Shown: positions 1 through 13,000 of the stretch, in pieces
Position numbering within the stretch: position 1 is the stretch's first letter
Layout of the letters: the number at the start of each line of letters is the position of its first letter
DNA from: Eledone cirrhosa
Lineage: Eukaryota
Reading direction: 5' to 3'
DNA: 64,000 bases
Assembly: GCA_964016885.1 (NCBI GenBank)
Contig: OZ024740.1
Span: 144,274,001 to 144,338,000 of the forward strand
Translations under genes and position numbers: made by a program
Notes under the pieces: model-generated
What the model was told of the DNA's origin: nothing
Databases searched by the model: none
The model's input: the letters and a program-made list of their open reading frames with translations, nothing else

Positions 1-1150
1 CAGTCACTGGATATGACACCTTCCTGTACAACCTGATTAAATATACAAATGACTAGCATGTGTCCTGCTTTGCAGATATTTTCAGTGTCTCAGTAACTAT
101 CACTGAGGTCCACTGAATTTCCTTGTCTTTATTTCATCAACTGCACTTTCAACTTCAATAGCTGGTCCCTCTATTGAGTCCACTTGAGGTAGATTCTCTC
201 TCACCAATTCATTCTCCATATTTAGCAGTCTATTGTAGATTTTCTATGTCCCTTTCTTCTCAACATCAGTAATGACTGGCAAGTGCACCACTATCATTGT
301 GTACATACTTTTCAACAAAATTGTCTTGCAATCTGAAACACCTCACACCCAGATCCTTTCATTAAAGAACATTGGCAAATCTTACTTTCAGCTTCTCCCT
401 ATGCTACATTTATTTGACATTCAGCAACCTAATATTGTACTTTGCTTCCTCACTCTTCCTATAATATTTTCAAGCCCACTTCTTGGCTTCTATAGCACTC
501 ACTATCCACCATACCATCTGACAAACATTGATCTATCCACAAATTTTGTCTGCGGTTTAATGCAGATTGCCTCATTGAATCTTTCATTTTCTAAGTGTCT
601 CATACTCCTCCTTGTCATCATGTGTGACATTCCTTCTCCAAATTGTTTTGTCTAAATTCATCTTGCACACATTCTGAGGTTGCTAATCATTAGTCTATGT
701 GGAGTGGTTTTCTTCACCAGGGAAAGAATATATATTTACAACCAATTACCTATCACATGTCTTACTAAGTATTAAGTCTACCCAGCTTACATGTTCATTT
801 GATCAGCTGCTGATCAAGTGGCTGGACAGTTCCAGAAGTTGCTCATTTGTACCATGGAACGTCACAAACCTTGATCCTTCATCATTTCTTGTACTATATC
901 CATAACACCCAGAGCAGTCATCATGGTGTTTCCCAACACATCAATTAAAGTCACAAGCTATGATTAAGTCACCATTACTCGTTATCAAAGTAGCCTGACC
1001 TTTTGCTTGTCTCATTGTGGTGCTTAAACAGAGATCTCTATTGCTGTCATACTGCTCATAACTTGCCTCATCTTAACATTAAACTGAAATATTTACCACT
1101 AGGAATCAAAACTGGGCTACAAACTTACTACTTGCACAATTAAAAACATA
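1..1150 (-). mobile_element. Heavily decayed RTE-clade LINE (endonuclease to early RT)
   Basis: Reverse complement of 1-260 aligns by eye with the RTE at 47690-47885 (ttaatcagg...gtgactg). Around 870-970 it gives a decayed APE-type LII.xDFN..VG...GY...N.EG motif. Confidence 0.55.
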
Positions 1151-2449
1151 GTTTGTATTTTATGAAGAAAGAAATGTTTCTCATTTCTGAGAGCTTTCTT
1201 AACTATTCTCCTTGATACTTATTTTTAAAATATTAACAAAAGTTCTTTCCATTCGATACCCAGAGAGAAAAAGAAAGAAAGGAGCCCTTAATTTCTATTG
1301 GAGTTGTAGGGGTGCCATCATTGGTCCTTTTAAACCTGGCCAAGCCCATTCCTCTTCAGGTCAGATTACAGTTGATTTCTTCCAGAAAAGTAACAAAGTA
1401 ACAAAGAGAAAGAATCAACCTCAATGCTAGACTGGTATTGTATTTATCATAACACTAGATAATGCTGGCAGGAGCTGGATGAGCCTTTTTGAAGCAGAAT
1501 TCTTCACCCGTCTAATCACTGACATAAACAAATATCAATATCAATTAAGAAATTTATAAAAACACATACACACAACAGACTTCATACAGTTTCCAATCTA
1601 GCAAATTCACTCAAAAGGCATTCGTTATTCCAACGTTAAGACAGAAGACACTTAAAACCAAAGACCATGGTAATTAATTTGCAGCTACATCTCTATTACC
1701 ACTAAATTTGTGTGCGTGTATGTGTATTACACATTGAATAAAATGATTTTAAAGTCCTTTTTTTTTCTTTTTTTATTATTGTATACTAAGCATTTCACAT
1801 GATTTTGCTTTTTTACAGGTTTCAATAATATGGATTGTTCTAAATAAATCTTAATATCCTTTACTTCTTTCTCTCCAATTCTTGTCCCATTAATTCGCCT
1901 CAAAATTCCACTACCATATTTACTTGTCAAGAGGGCTTCACTGTTTGCTGATTTAGTTGAGATTTGGAAAGGCTAACCATCTTTTACTATAAATGTCATA
2001 AGCATGCCACATCCCAATGGCATAGAAATGTTTTCAATGAAACAATAGGGTGCACATTCTCCGATAATTTTAAATGTCCTGTGATTTATTTGGAAAATAA
2101 TACCCCGACATACATTTTCATATGATATTTATAAAAGCTGCCTAAAAATTCTCCGGCAGACAGTCAGTCTCTCTCCCCATTTTCCTTTCAATACATACAA
2201 TCTTGTGACAAAAAACAAGTCACTATTAAAACACAAATAACAATTACTCCTCAGCATAAATTCTTTAATGTAGAAAAATCCAAAACAATAATGCACACCA
2301 AATCATTGTATATCTTTTTATATATTCATAGATTTAACACTTGACCCCCCCCCCCCCATTTTAAAGGGTTTCTATTTAAAACTTTCCACCATAATTCTAT
2401 ATAGGAACATTTTTATATTACAAATATCATCTTAATGAAATTATAATTG

Positions 2450-2602
2450 TTTCTACTTTAGGCACAAGGCCAGCAATTACCCAGTGCATTACTGGTACTT
2501 TATTTTATCGACCCCGTAAGGATGAAAGGCAAAGTCAACCTCGGCGGGATTTGAACTCAGATCGTAAAGGGACGTAACTATGCTGGAAAGCATGGCGTCC
2601 GA
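2450..2602 (-). mobile_element. tRNA-derived SINE, family A (partial copy)
   Basis: Near-identical reverse complement of 22636-22821, including the B box GAGTTCAAATCCC and body gcctttcatccttacggggtcgat. Confidence 0.85.
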
Positions 2603-2830
2603 AATGAAATTATAATGTTAGTACATCCTTCTCAAATTCTTCATTAATCAAGTATTTCATTAGAAATACAGTAATAAAAGGGTTGAATTCAACTTTATAG
2701 AGGTTAATCAAAATGGAAACTATAGAAAATAAATGTAATTAAACAATAGAATTTGGAGACAAATTGAAATGGTACATTTTCTGTCATAAAGACACTTCAA
2801 ATTTATTTCTTGTGATCACAACCATATATA

Positions 2831-2965
2831 GGCACAGGCATAACTGTGTGGTTAAGAAATTTGCTACAGAACCTCATGATATTGGGTTCAGTTTCACTGC
2901 ATGGCACCTTGAGCAAGTGTCTTCTATAACAGCTCCAGGCCAAACAATGTCTTGGTGGAAATTAT
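2831..2965 (+). mobile_element. tRNA-derived CORE-like SINE, family B
   Basis: A-box-like gtgtggttaag, B-box-like gggttcagtttc and CORE-like ggcaccttgagcaagtgtctt. Similar copies at 12870-13000 and 60625-60760. Confidence 0.6.
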
Positions 2966-4499
2966 AAGAAAACCTGCTTTGTGTGTGTGCAATTTTGTTT
3001 GCTTTCCATGTGGGTATGGATAGGTCATCATGATCCAGGACTAGATGGATCACAGAAACATGTCTTGCTCATACATTCTATATTTTGGCATGCTTTCTAC
3101 AGGTGGATGCCCTTTCTAATGTTAACCACTTTACAAAGTGTATAAGCATACAATTCTCATAGAAAACTTGATTAATATTTCCACCCTTGCAAGCAGGGAA
3201 AAACGGACATAAAATGAAATTAGATTTTTTTTTAAGATTTTTTTTTTTTAATCTCCAGAACTCATTTTTAATTTTCTTCTAATTATGGCTGGCAAAGTAT
3301 TTAAACTACCATCTATTGAAACAATACTGCACTATTTTGTTCAGTTAAAACAAACATTCACATCTTTATTCCTTTTTAATAACTATATCACATATACAAT
3401 GAACTCTTGTTACCCTACTTCATTAAAGTACCAATATTAAAATTGTGCAAAATAGTTAAGTTTGGTAGAAATGTTATAGTATATCATCATAAAATTATAA
3501 TTGTGGTAGAGTGATTAAGCCAAGTAGAATGTTACAATAGTATTACACAACACCAAGTAGTAAAACTGATGAAACATTAAATATCAACTCTAGAACAAAT
3601 ATATACAAAATTGTAATGAAATGATTAATCCGAGTAGAATGTTATAATAGTATTAATAAAAATTGACAAAGAAGAAAAGCTAATAAAAATGATCTCACCA
3701 AATGGACATGGAATGTCAGATTTGACTATATTCATTAATTTGACATTATCAGAGGGTGTTTCTAATTTAGAAGTATATAGATGCTATGTTGTGAAGGTTA
3801 AAACAGCATAATGAACAAAGGCAAAATTTAAATAGCTAAAATTAACCCTTAAGATTGCTAACATCATTATTAACTTTTAACATCCTGCAATGATTTAATT
3901 AAAAAAAAAAAATTTAAAAAAACGGTTTGTAAATTCAAACATTTATAGTAACTTTACTAGTGGACAGATTGTTGTGGTGATGTAGTCATGGTGCTATTTT
4001 GTATTTTTCAAGAATGTCTTGATGTGGTTTAATGCAGTAAAGGACATTAAGAGTCAAAGGGTACATATTTTCTGTACGTTTTTTTTTATGTGTAAACAAA
4101 ATCTTCTGCCTAGTAAAGAATATAACTAAAGCTAGAAGCTTTATAAAAACAAACATGCAATTCATTTTTCTCAGGTTTTGAGAATTTTCTAGGTATGAAT
4201 TGAGAAGATGCTTGCAACACATTAAAATTGAAGAAGCACATCTCAATTGACAAATTCATTAAAGATGTAATTCAAGAGAGCAAGTTAATTTTAATTCCTC
4301 CATATATAAATGAATTCTTAAGGACAGATACTGAGCAGTTAAGGTGCACAATTAATAATAACATTCATTGTCTTCAAAACTGCTGGGTTTTTTTTTAATA
4401 GAGGACTAAATTTTTTATTCAAATTTCGATTGGATTATATAATGTTTGCAATAAAAGAAATTAAATAGCGAAATTAAAGGAAAGGTGGTGACAGACTCT

Positions 4500-4730
4500 A
4501 CCACCCAGTGGACAAAATGGCGAAGGCATTACTGTAGAGAACAGAGAGCCACTCCACCTCAGGAGGCTCCTTCCTCAGGTGGGAAAATAGTAGTTTTGGA
4601 ATCAAGGACACCAGAGGTCTTGATGTCAACTGACATGAAAAGTAAGCGGTCAATCAAGTCCCAGTATTTGTCTATCTCACTCTCTGCCACATTATGAGTG
4701 GCAGTACTCAGATTTGTGGCTAAATTGTGT
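4500..4730 (-). mobile_element. Old, diverged remnant of the CRE-type element 3' (RLE) region
   Basis: ggacaccagaggtcttgatgtc...ccagtatttg resembles ggacaccagaagtttccactgcc...ccggtatttg at 6389-6454. Confidence 0.35.
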
Positions 4731-4949
4731 ACTCATAGTCAAAGAAACTTGAAATATTTTAAACTAAAAAAAATAAAATTTAAATAAATATAACGACTTA
4801 CTTTTATTTTGTACTTGTTTGATTATCAATAGAAGGGTCATCTCAGTAATATCTACTTTAATAATTAAAAGAACTATCTATCTTTACTTACATATATGAA
4901 TTGAGAGATGTACAAAATATAACAAATCAGAAAACTTAAATACAAAAAG

Positions 4950-6150
4950 TAAGGCGGCGGTCCCTTCCGGGAAGTGGCCATGCCCGGTGTGTAGGAAAGG
5001 CGTAGGTAGAAACTCCATTTTGTGTCCCAAATGCAAAGTATGGGTGCATAAAAGATGTAGTGGGATCACAGGTAAGCTAACTAAGAACATAGATTTTACA
5101 TGTGGCCGGTGCTCTGGTGCAATAAGTAGCAGCAAGTGCCCACAAAATACTAGCTCTTTCAACTGCGCAGAGGGTTCTATAGAAATAGTGGACAGCTTCC
5201 GTTACCTGGGTGACAAAATCAGCAGTGGGGGAGGGTGCTCTGAAAGTACAGTAGCTAGAGTCAGAACTGGATGGAAAAAGTTCAGAGAGCTTATACCACT
5301 ATTAGCCGCTAAAGGGTTCTCCCTAAAAATGAAAGGCAGGTTGTATGATGCCTGCATACGAACAGCAATGTTGCATGGCAGTGAAACCTGGGCATTGTGT
5401 GCAGAGGATATACGCAGACTAGAGAGGAACGAAGCTTGCATGCTCCGCTGGATGTGTAATAGTAATATACGTGAACGGCAAAGCATAAACGAACTAAGGA
5501 AAAAATTAGAAATAAGAGGGATCAGATGTTGTTTATTCGAGAGAAGGCTACGTTGGTATGGTCACGTGACGCGCATGAAAGACGATAGCTGTATAACAAA
5601 GTGCAGGGCAATAAAGATAGACGGTAGCCACGGAATAGGCAGACCCAGAAAAACCTGGGACGAGCTGATAAATTCCAACCTCACACACTTACACCTCTCC
5701 AAGACAATGTCACTGGACCGAGACCTTTGGCGGTACTCAGTAATAGAGAAGACCCGCCTTACCTAAATACAAAGTAAAACCTACTACAGTCAGTAGGCAT
5801 CTCTAACAAAATACACCCCCGTCCCACCACCCCCAGCCCCATCCACACCATCCCTTTCAATGTAAAGTTATGTTGGTGCCACAACATCCAGGCCGAAACA
5901 AATGAGATCGTGTAGGTGTCACGACAAAAAACACACAGTCCACGGTGTAATGTGGCCGTGTAGGCAACACGGTAAAAACCTCCCAGTCCCACACTGTAAA
6001 TGTGGTTGGTGTTAGGAAGGGCATCCAGCTGTAGAAAACCCGCCAGACAGTCCTATGCGAGCAAGACAATCACTCTTGCCTCAAGTGGGAAAACCCCCGT
6101 CCAAACCCATGCAAGCGTGGAACACGGACGTTAAACGTTGATGATGATGA
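4950..6150 (+). mobile_element. Young 5'-truncated RTE-clade LINE (PHD-like finger, RT C-terminus, long 3' UTR, (GAT)n tail)
   Basis: Intact ORF 4987-5766 with FRYLG, GWKKFREL, MLHGSETW, RRLRWYGHV and GRPRKTW. Ends in gatgatgatga followed by (TA)n. Near-identical to 61972-63272. Confidence 0.95.
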
Positions 6151-6187
6151 TATATATATATATATATATTTAAATTTGTGTTGTATA

Positions 6188-9100
6188 AGATGAAAGAATG
6201 GTATTTAACTAATGTATTGGTACGTGATGGGGCCCACCCACAGCCCCGGCAGACAGAATGGAGAAAGCGTTTCCCCGGAGGACAGCAAGGGAGACGCGCT
6301 GGAAAAGCCACTCCATTCGCGGGGCTCACACCTGCGGCTGGCCAGCTCAGCGCCTATGGTGTTGAGTAAGGAGGTAGCCCTGGGGCCGAGGACACCAGAA
6401 GTTTCCACTGCCAGGGTAACAACCGCAAACCTGTCGGAGAGCGACCGGTATTTGAGGAGTTTGGCTCCCTGAGTCCGACGTGCAGCAGAACCTGGTTCAG
6501 TCGCAGACTACCAGGTTGCGGCTGCAGAAAGTGTTGGTGCAAGTGGTATCCCAGACGATGGGTTTGCCACCGCAGAACGGGAAGATGGTCATGCCATCTG
6601 GCCTTTTGCCGTCCCCTCGATCCAGCCCCAATGGCTCGAGCTGGGAAGGGAAGCCTGCAGCGTCCAAGCCATGCTTAATGATCTCATTGAGGGCAGCATG
6701 GCGTGGAATGCGGCCGGCACTGTGGCGACAGGAAAGCGGGTGGAGGCCGAAAAAGTCCACGGTGGAACTGCTGTGACATTGGTGTGGCTGGCAGATCCGG
6801 AGGCCGAGTCTCAGGGAAACGGCAATTCGCAGGCTATGGTTTTCTAGCTGCGTGCCAGTGGGGAAGGAGGGCAGAGCATGGAGCCAGGCACCACTGTGGG
6901 GCTTGGAGGCCGCACGAAAACAAGCAAGGCGGAGCTAGCGCGTGAGCCTGTCTGAGGCCAGGCTGCACTGGATGGCATCCCAAGTGCGTTGGGGGACTTG
7001 ACGTCAACAGGGGGAGAAGGAGGAGGGACGTCTACTGGGCTAAGTCCCAGCCGGTCCCACGTCTCACAGGCGGCCTTACGTTCTCTGAACACAGAGGGTT
7101 CTGTTGTTTTGAAGAACCTTGCTGACGAGGACGCGGCACGGGGTTTCCGACGAAAGATACGCCAGCAAAGCTAGTGAGATCGGGTACTGGAGACCAAGGC
7201 CGCCATACCTGACCGGTAAAGTGGCTTGTTGCCACCCTATGTCGTCAAACTTGACATTGCATATCCCCTCGGCTGCTGCTCGGATACAAGTATCGAGGTC
7301 AGCGAGGAGATGTCTGGCTGTAGCATGGAGCGCTGCAGAGTGTATAGAGGAGCTTCAGCATGGGGAAGCAGTTCCTCAGCAGAAAGAGAGCTGGGTGGCC
7401 GTCAATCAAGCCCAGTCGGCTCGTGAGAGTCTGGAGCTGTTGATGGAGTGGATGGATCGGTGACTCGAGGATGAGGACATCCTCTTTGGGGGTCACCTGA
7501 ACCTGGCGGAGAATAGACCGCACGTCCAAGACAGAGGCTGCAAAGCTCGCAGCATCGAGGCTGACGTTCACCACCTCCAACTTGGCCGAGTTGACCTGGA
7601 GGCCGATTCCCGCCAGGGCAGGAATCACCGATTGAAAGTCTTGGCAGATCGTCCGTACGGGCCCGCCCAACGTAGCATCATCCAGATACCAAACGTTGAG
7701 AGGGGCCGTGATACTCCGGACAATGTCGTCAATACCAAGGGCGAACAGGAGGGGTCCCAAAGGGTCGCCCTGTTGAACCCCAGTAGCCGAGGGTATGACC
7801 GTATCAGCAGCTAGGAGCATGCTCGGGGCTCCATATGACAGGTAGGCCAGCGGGTAGGCAGTGGGGGGGGGGGCTCGGCTGAGGCAGGCCTCGAGCAGAT
7901 GATCCTGGCGTAAAAGTTAAAGGCATTCCTCATGTCAAGCTTGACAATGAGGTGCCTGGAGTCCCTGGATGCCGGTACCGATGGGCAGCTGCTGAAGAAC
8001 TGCCTGATTGCATGAGAGGCTCCCTCACAGCCACCAGACACGTCGACACCCAGTTGCACCGGACTAAACTCCTCACCCAGTTCGTGTGTGACGGACTTGC
8101 AGATCACCTTGGCAGCCAACCTCCGGAAGACATTGCCCACAGCAATGGGGCGTATGCCACCCTCTTTCTTCCTGAGAGCGGTGAGGCTGGCCGAAAAAAA
8201 GAGGCCTCAAGCGTAAGGGTGGAGGGCACCATGAATGAGCCTATTGGTGAGCACAACAATTGCACTCAGAAGGCGGCGCCCGGCCACAGCAGAGAGGAGG
8301 GATATCAACTCCTTGAGGTGGCCTGGTTGGAGACCATCAACACCTCCGCAGTTGCTAGCTGGGAAGGACCTGATGGCGGACATGATATCTGCATCAGTAG
8401 CCACAAGGAGCAGGTGGGGGTCAGTGGGGGTATGGGTCTGAGATCAGTGGGTGGGTGGCTCAGGGTGTTTGAGCCGCAGAGCAGCCAAGATCTCCTCGGT
8501 GGGTTGGAGGACAGTGTCCTCGGAGGCAACAACTCTGACTGCGGCCGAGACATCACCCATGATAAGCTTTGCCTTTACCTGGTCACGCAAACGCTTGGCG
8601 CTGGCCTCGGGGGTGGAGGATAGGGGGTACCTGAGGGCGGGGTGTGTGGCGTCCCTGGGCACGCTTGGAATGGGCGCTCGCCCAAATGACAAGACATTGG
8701 CCTTGACGAAGGCTGCTGTTGACCGGCCACCACGGTCAATGCCAGAGCTGGGGAGGCCCAGGGCGAGTGGGGTGAAATAGAACAGCCGCTCCCAGTCACT
8801 GGCTCGATTGGAGTCCAGGGCGCTCTCAATCGAGGAAGCGAGGGCATCGGCTACCGGCACCTGTGCCGCTCTCGGGATCTTGTGGAGCCACCTGAGCCGA
8901 GCGATGTTGACCAGCGAGGCTCAGGCGTCAGGCAAGCTCGCTGTCCCATCTGGTGGTGTGCCAGACGGCCGCGAAGACGTGGGGAAGAAGCAGCTCCTGC
9001 ATCTCCACGCTGCGAGGGCATTGGTAGCTCGACGAGTCAAGCCAACGCAGGTGAGGTGGTGGAAGCAACCGCACGCCAAACAGTTCCGGCCCCTCTTCCG

Positions 9101-9430
9101 TTTGTTAGTGGTGCCGCAAGTGCGATTTGGAGGGGTGAGGGATGGGGCGTGGGACCGGAACTGGGGCACCGAGCGGCATCAGCGGCTGGTGTGTGTGGGT
9201 GGAAGGGAAAGTGCTGGTAAGATGGCAGCATAGTTCACCTATGTATATGGAGGTGCCAGAAAACGAGAGCGAAAAGGGGCTGCATGGAGGAGACACAGGA
9301 AGGTAGAATGGCAGTAAATGAATGAGTGAATGGATGGATGTACACAAAAAGGGGGGGGGGGGGTAAACAAGGGGTTGTTCCCAGCGGAAAGACCCAGAGT
9401 TCAGCACGCACACATGCGAGCAACTGAGCA
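6188..9430 (-). mobile_element. Near full-length RLE-type non-LTR retrotransposon, CRE-clade-like (N-terminal PHD-like finger, RT, zinc-knuckle/PD-D endonuclease); frameshifted
   Basis: Consecutive ORF pieces: CLACGCFHHLTCVGL...WRCRSC; GGVDGLQPGHLKEL; IRPIAVGNVFRRLAAK; KLDMRNAFN; GVQQGDPLGPLLF; WYLDDATL; HPLSC...RHAALNEII...KRPDG...WDTTC. Much more GC-rich than the flanks. Confidence 0.9.
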
Positions 9431-10641
9431 GTTTGTCATAGACGATATTCTCAATGGACGCGCTTACAATATTTGAATATAACTGAACAGTCGTGTCATT
9501 TAATTTGAAAAGTGGAGCAAAGTAAAAGGAGAATAGTGAATTTGGAGTGTCAATCCCTTGTGATTTTTTTTTTTTTTCTTCTCAATACCGGACTTACAGT
9601 TTTCCAGGATCTATAATCATCCCCCCCCCCCTTCAAAAGGATGGAGGCGTTTTATCTCCTCATGAAACTGACATTACTTAATGATGTTCATATATGGCTT
9701 ATTCCTTTTATAACTCTATAGAACTATTAGAATATTTGTGCAGTGTTCTGTGTCCAGCCAGGTTTGTACAACAGGTAAGAAAAATGATGATTCGGTGACG
9801 GTTTCTTCTGATAGGAGCCTCTTCCACGTCGGAAGATCGAAGTGTGTTTTCTTGTCTTCTTCAATACTTTCATAAACGGCTTCGGAGATTTAAAACTTAT
9901 GTTTCAATTGGTGCTTCCATTTCCACACAGTTCTATTGTCTTATTTACAAAAATATATATTTCTATATATTTCTTTATTTATTTCTCTTCTTTTAGTATA
10001 ATATAGCGAGTTGTCACCAGTGATGTTTGAAGTTAATAGTCTTTGGGTACTTAATTTGAAAGCATAATCTCTTGCTGAATACAATACTTCCCATTCTTTT
10101 TGTATTTTTATACCTCTATCCTGAGAAAAGGACAGTAAATCATAATTTTCACAAATATTTTTGCATACAAACAGCTTTCACTAAAGTAACATAACATTGA
10201 CGTTATTACTGATTTGCTAGCAGGAAAAAATGGATGTTATTTGATGATGATTAATGTCCTGTATCACATGAAACTACATTAACAAGATATTCTTGAAAAG
10301 TACAAAACAGTACTATGACTGCATCACAAAAATTATTTTACTACCAATTTTTACATCGATCTGACTAATCCACTAATATAGGTACTATAAACATTTGAAT
10401 GACACCAAATTTTAGTTATTTTCTGCTAAATCATTACAGGATATTAAGAGTTAATTTAACAATTCTAAGAAAACTTTTGTACCACAGACAAATTAAAGCA
10501 GATATGACAGATGACAGTAGGGTTATGGAACAAGCAACTAAAGTTTGCCGTTTGCATCCTGCCACTTGTGCTGGTGGCCTGTGTCCATAGCCAAGAACCC
10601 AAATCTCAGTTTTAAAACAAAATTTAATGTCTTCTAAACCA

Positions 10642-10858
10642 TTAACCCTTTAGCATTCACATTACTCTTATATACTATTATATTTTCATGGTAAAAGCTT
10701 TATCTGGCATAATTATCTCACATAATATCGAATCTATGAGATTTTGAAAGTATTTATTTTGAGAACAATATCGCAACATCAGTAGGAGTGGCCAGTTACA
10801 GCCAGTTTCAACAGAAAGAGGTAGAGAATTCTGGCCGGTTTGAACATTAAAGGGTTAA
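10642..10858. mobile_element. piggyBac-like MITE, family 1
   Basis: TTAA-CCCTTTAGCATTCA...TGAACATTAAAGGG-TTAA, i.e. TIRs with TTAA target duplication. Paralogues at 22603-23007 and 25096-25264. Confidence 0.8.
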
Positions 10859-12869
10859 GAAAAAGTTTTTATGGGTTGATACATAGCTCTTGCTACTTTG
10901 GTGTGAAGTACATAATATATTTATCTCATAGTTATCTGTCTATCTTGGGCAAAGTTCCCAGAACATCTGGTGTCTATTTCCAAACAGCTACATGAGCGGA
11001 GATGGGTAGAAGCCAATATATTGCCCACATATACAACAAAACAATTAAACTCAATGTTTTCTGGCTAGTAGTCCAATACCAATTCCACTCAGCTATTCCT
11101 TGTTTTCTAGTTCTCTTAGTATGTGCTGATGGGTGGTATAATTCACTTCTGTAAGCAGTGGCTATACAATTTTCAAGTGATTCATAACTTTTCAATAAGA
11201 AAACATAACATAGATAGATAGATAGAGTGAAAATCAATTCTATTTGACACTTGTTTTAACACCACTGAAACCAGACATAAGCAAGTGACAGCCCATGTTA
11301 ACATAATAATAGGATTAAAAAATAAGGCTGGCTGTGAGTGTTTATTACAGAACCATGTCACTAGCTGAAGCACACTGCTCTATTTACTTCAGTCTATCAA
11401 AATATAAGTAACATTGCTAGGTGAGTATATTTAGAAATACATGAAATAAAACACTTTTGCTTATAAAGTTTGAAAAAACACGCCAGGCAGTAATTGGTAT
11501 TTTATATCACACCAGGAATGTACTGCACACATGGTGATGGCTACTGTGTTTAGTGTCTAGGGTTTTTATAGAAAATTTGAAGAAACTTGCTCTCAATCCA
11601 TACAATTGTACTAAGACTGAAAATGGGTGTATAAAAATGTGGAACATTTCAACACTTAAAGACAGTGAATACTAAATTTAGATTAAAGCTTTTTAAATTT
11701 GGTTTGAGGAAAAGTAGATTTTGTAAGGTATGATCTTGAACATGCAACACTACCCAAAAGACAGACATGGAAATAGGTAAAATGTTTTTAAACATTTCTT
11801 CTTAAACTTTCATATACTATACATGATTTTGTCACCTCTTCTCATTGTAACTTAGCAACTTATTTTGGGGTCGTTTTTCATATATTCTTTGTCATTTCAA
11901 GTCTTACTTGGAGTAAAAACAAGAATTATTTTTGGATTTCTTCCAAATCATGGAAACAGATGAGGATAAAGAATAACCCAACAAACAACACATTTTAAAA
12001 TATATTCTCAAAAATACAAATAGAAGGGTGTTGCAGTTTTCTAAAGCATTGCGGAAAGTGTAGAAAACTATTTTAAAAGGCTACAATACAAATAGAATAT
12101 TAAAAATAACAAAGGGGCTGAGAAAAATTGGTCCTTTGTATTTTGTGAAAGATTCCCTTGACAAAAATACAAAATCTAAGCAACTAAAGCAGAATGGAAA
12201 ATCTGTTTGCTTACTATGATGGCAAGCAAACACGGATTTTCTTCTCGACCATAGTTCTTTAGGTCTTCACTAGGACCTATTAAATATTATAAAGTCAACA
12301 TTTTAACACCGTAGGTATTATTTTTTTTTTAATTTAATGTTGTATTTGCATTGTTGCAGCCTTCTAAAATATTGTATTTTATAAATATTATCTTCAAGAC
12401 AAACTTGCACAACTTGAAAAGCTGGGAAGTAAAAGGAAAAAAACTGCACATCTGTTTTCAAACACTTAAAAAAATTTTTTTTTTTTAAATGAAGCTAATT
12501 GAATTTTGAATCGGGAATAGGGGACAGAACGAGGGGGTTAATTTTGCAATTGCATTCACAGAATGTCTTACACCTACTCATATTTTTGACGAGATATTTC
12601 ATTCTCTACTCCTAAATTCATTAGCTATGGCGGGAATATCAGCAAACTGCAGGCATGATCTCAAGCATTGTTGAAAATTACTGTTTTCAAAATAGCCCAT
12701 GACTAACTTGTTATTATTATGGGCGCTTACACTAAAAATATAAACACTTAGTTCAGTGTAAAATATAGGACAGCAGGATTAAAACAGTATGGTTTCAAGT
12801 CCTATTAATGAGTCAAGTTACACTTTTAACATTTCTGGAAGTAATGGTAAAACAAAACAGATTGAGAGT

Positions 12870-13000
12870 GGGCACAGGCTAGGCCACGTGGTTTTGGGTT
12901 CGACCCAACTGCGTGGCACCTTGGGCAAATTTCTTACAGACCCGAGTTGACCAATACCTTATGATAGGAATTCGGAAGGCAGAAACTGTTTGAAAGCCTA
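12870..13000 (+). mobile_element. CORE-like SINE, family B
   Basis: gggttcgacccaactgcgtggcaccttgggcaa contains a B box and a CORE-like motif. Confidence 0.6.

Noticed and set aside
6200-9420. Many overlapping plus-strand ORFs
   Set aside because: Antisense shadows of the GC-rich retrotransposon.
9231-9480. HDV-like or hammerhead ribozyme in the CRE 5' UTR
   Set aside because: No convincing nested pseudoknot or CUGAUGA/GAAA core found by eye; a covariance-model search is needed.
9715-9890. Protein-like minus frame ISEAVYESIEEDKK...
   Set aside because: No start codon, credible splice sites or recognisable homology.
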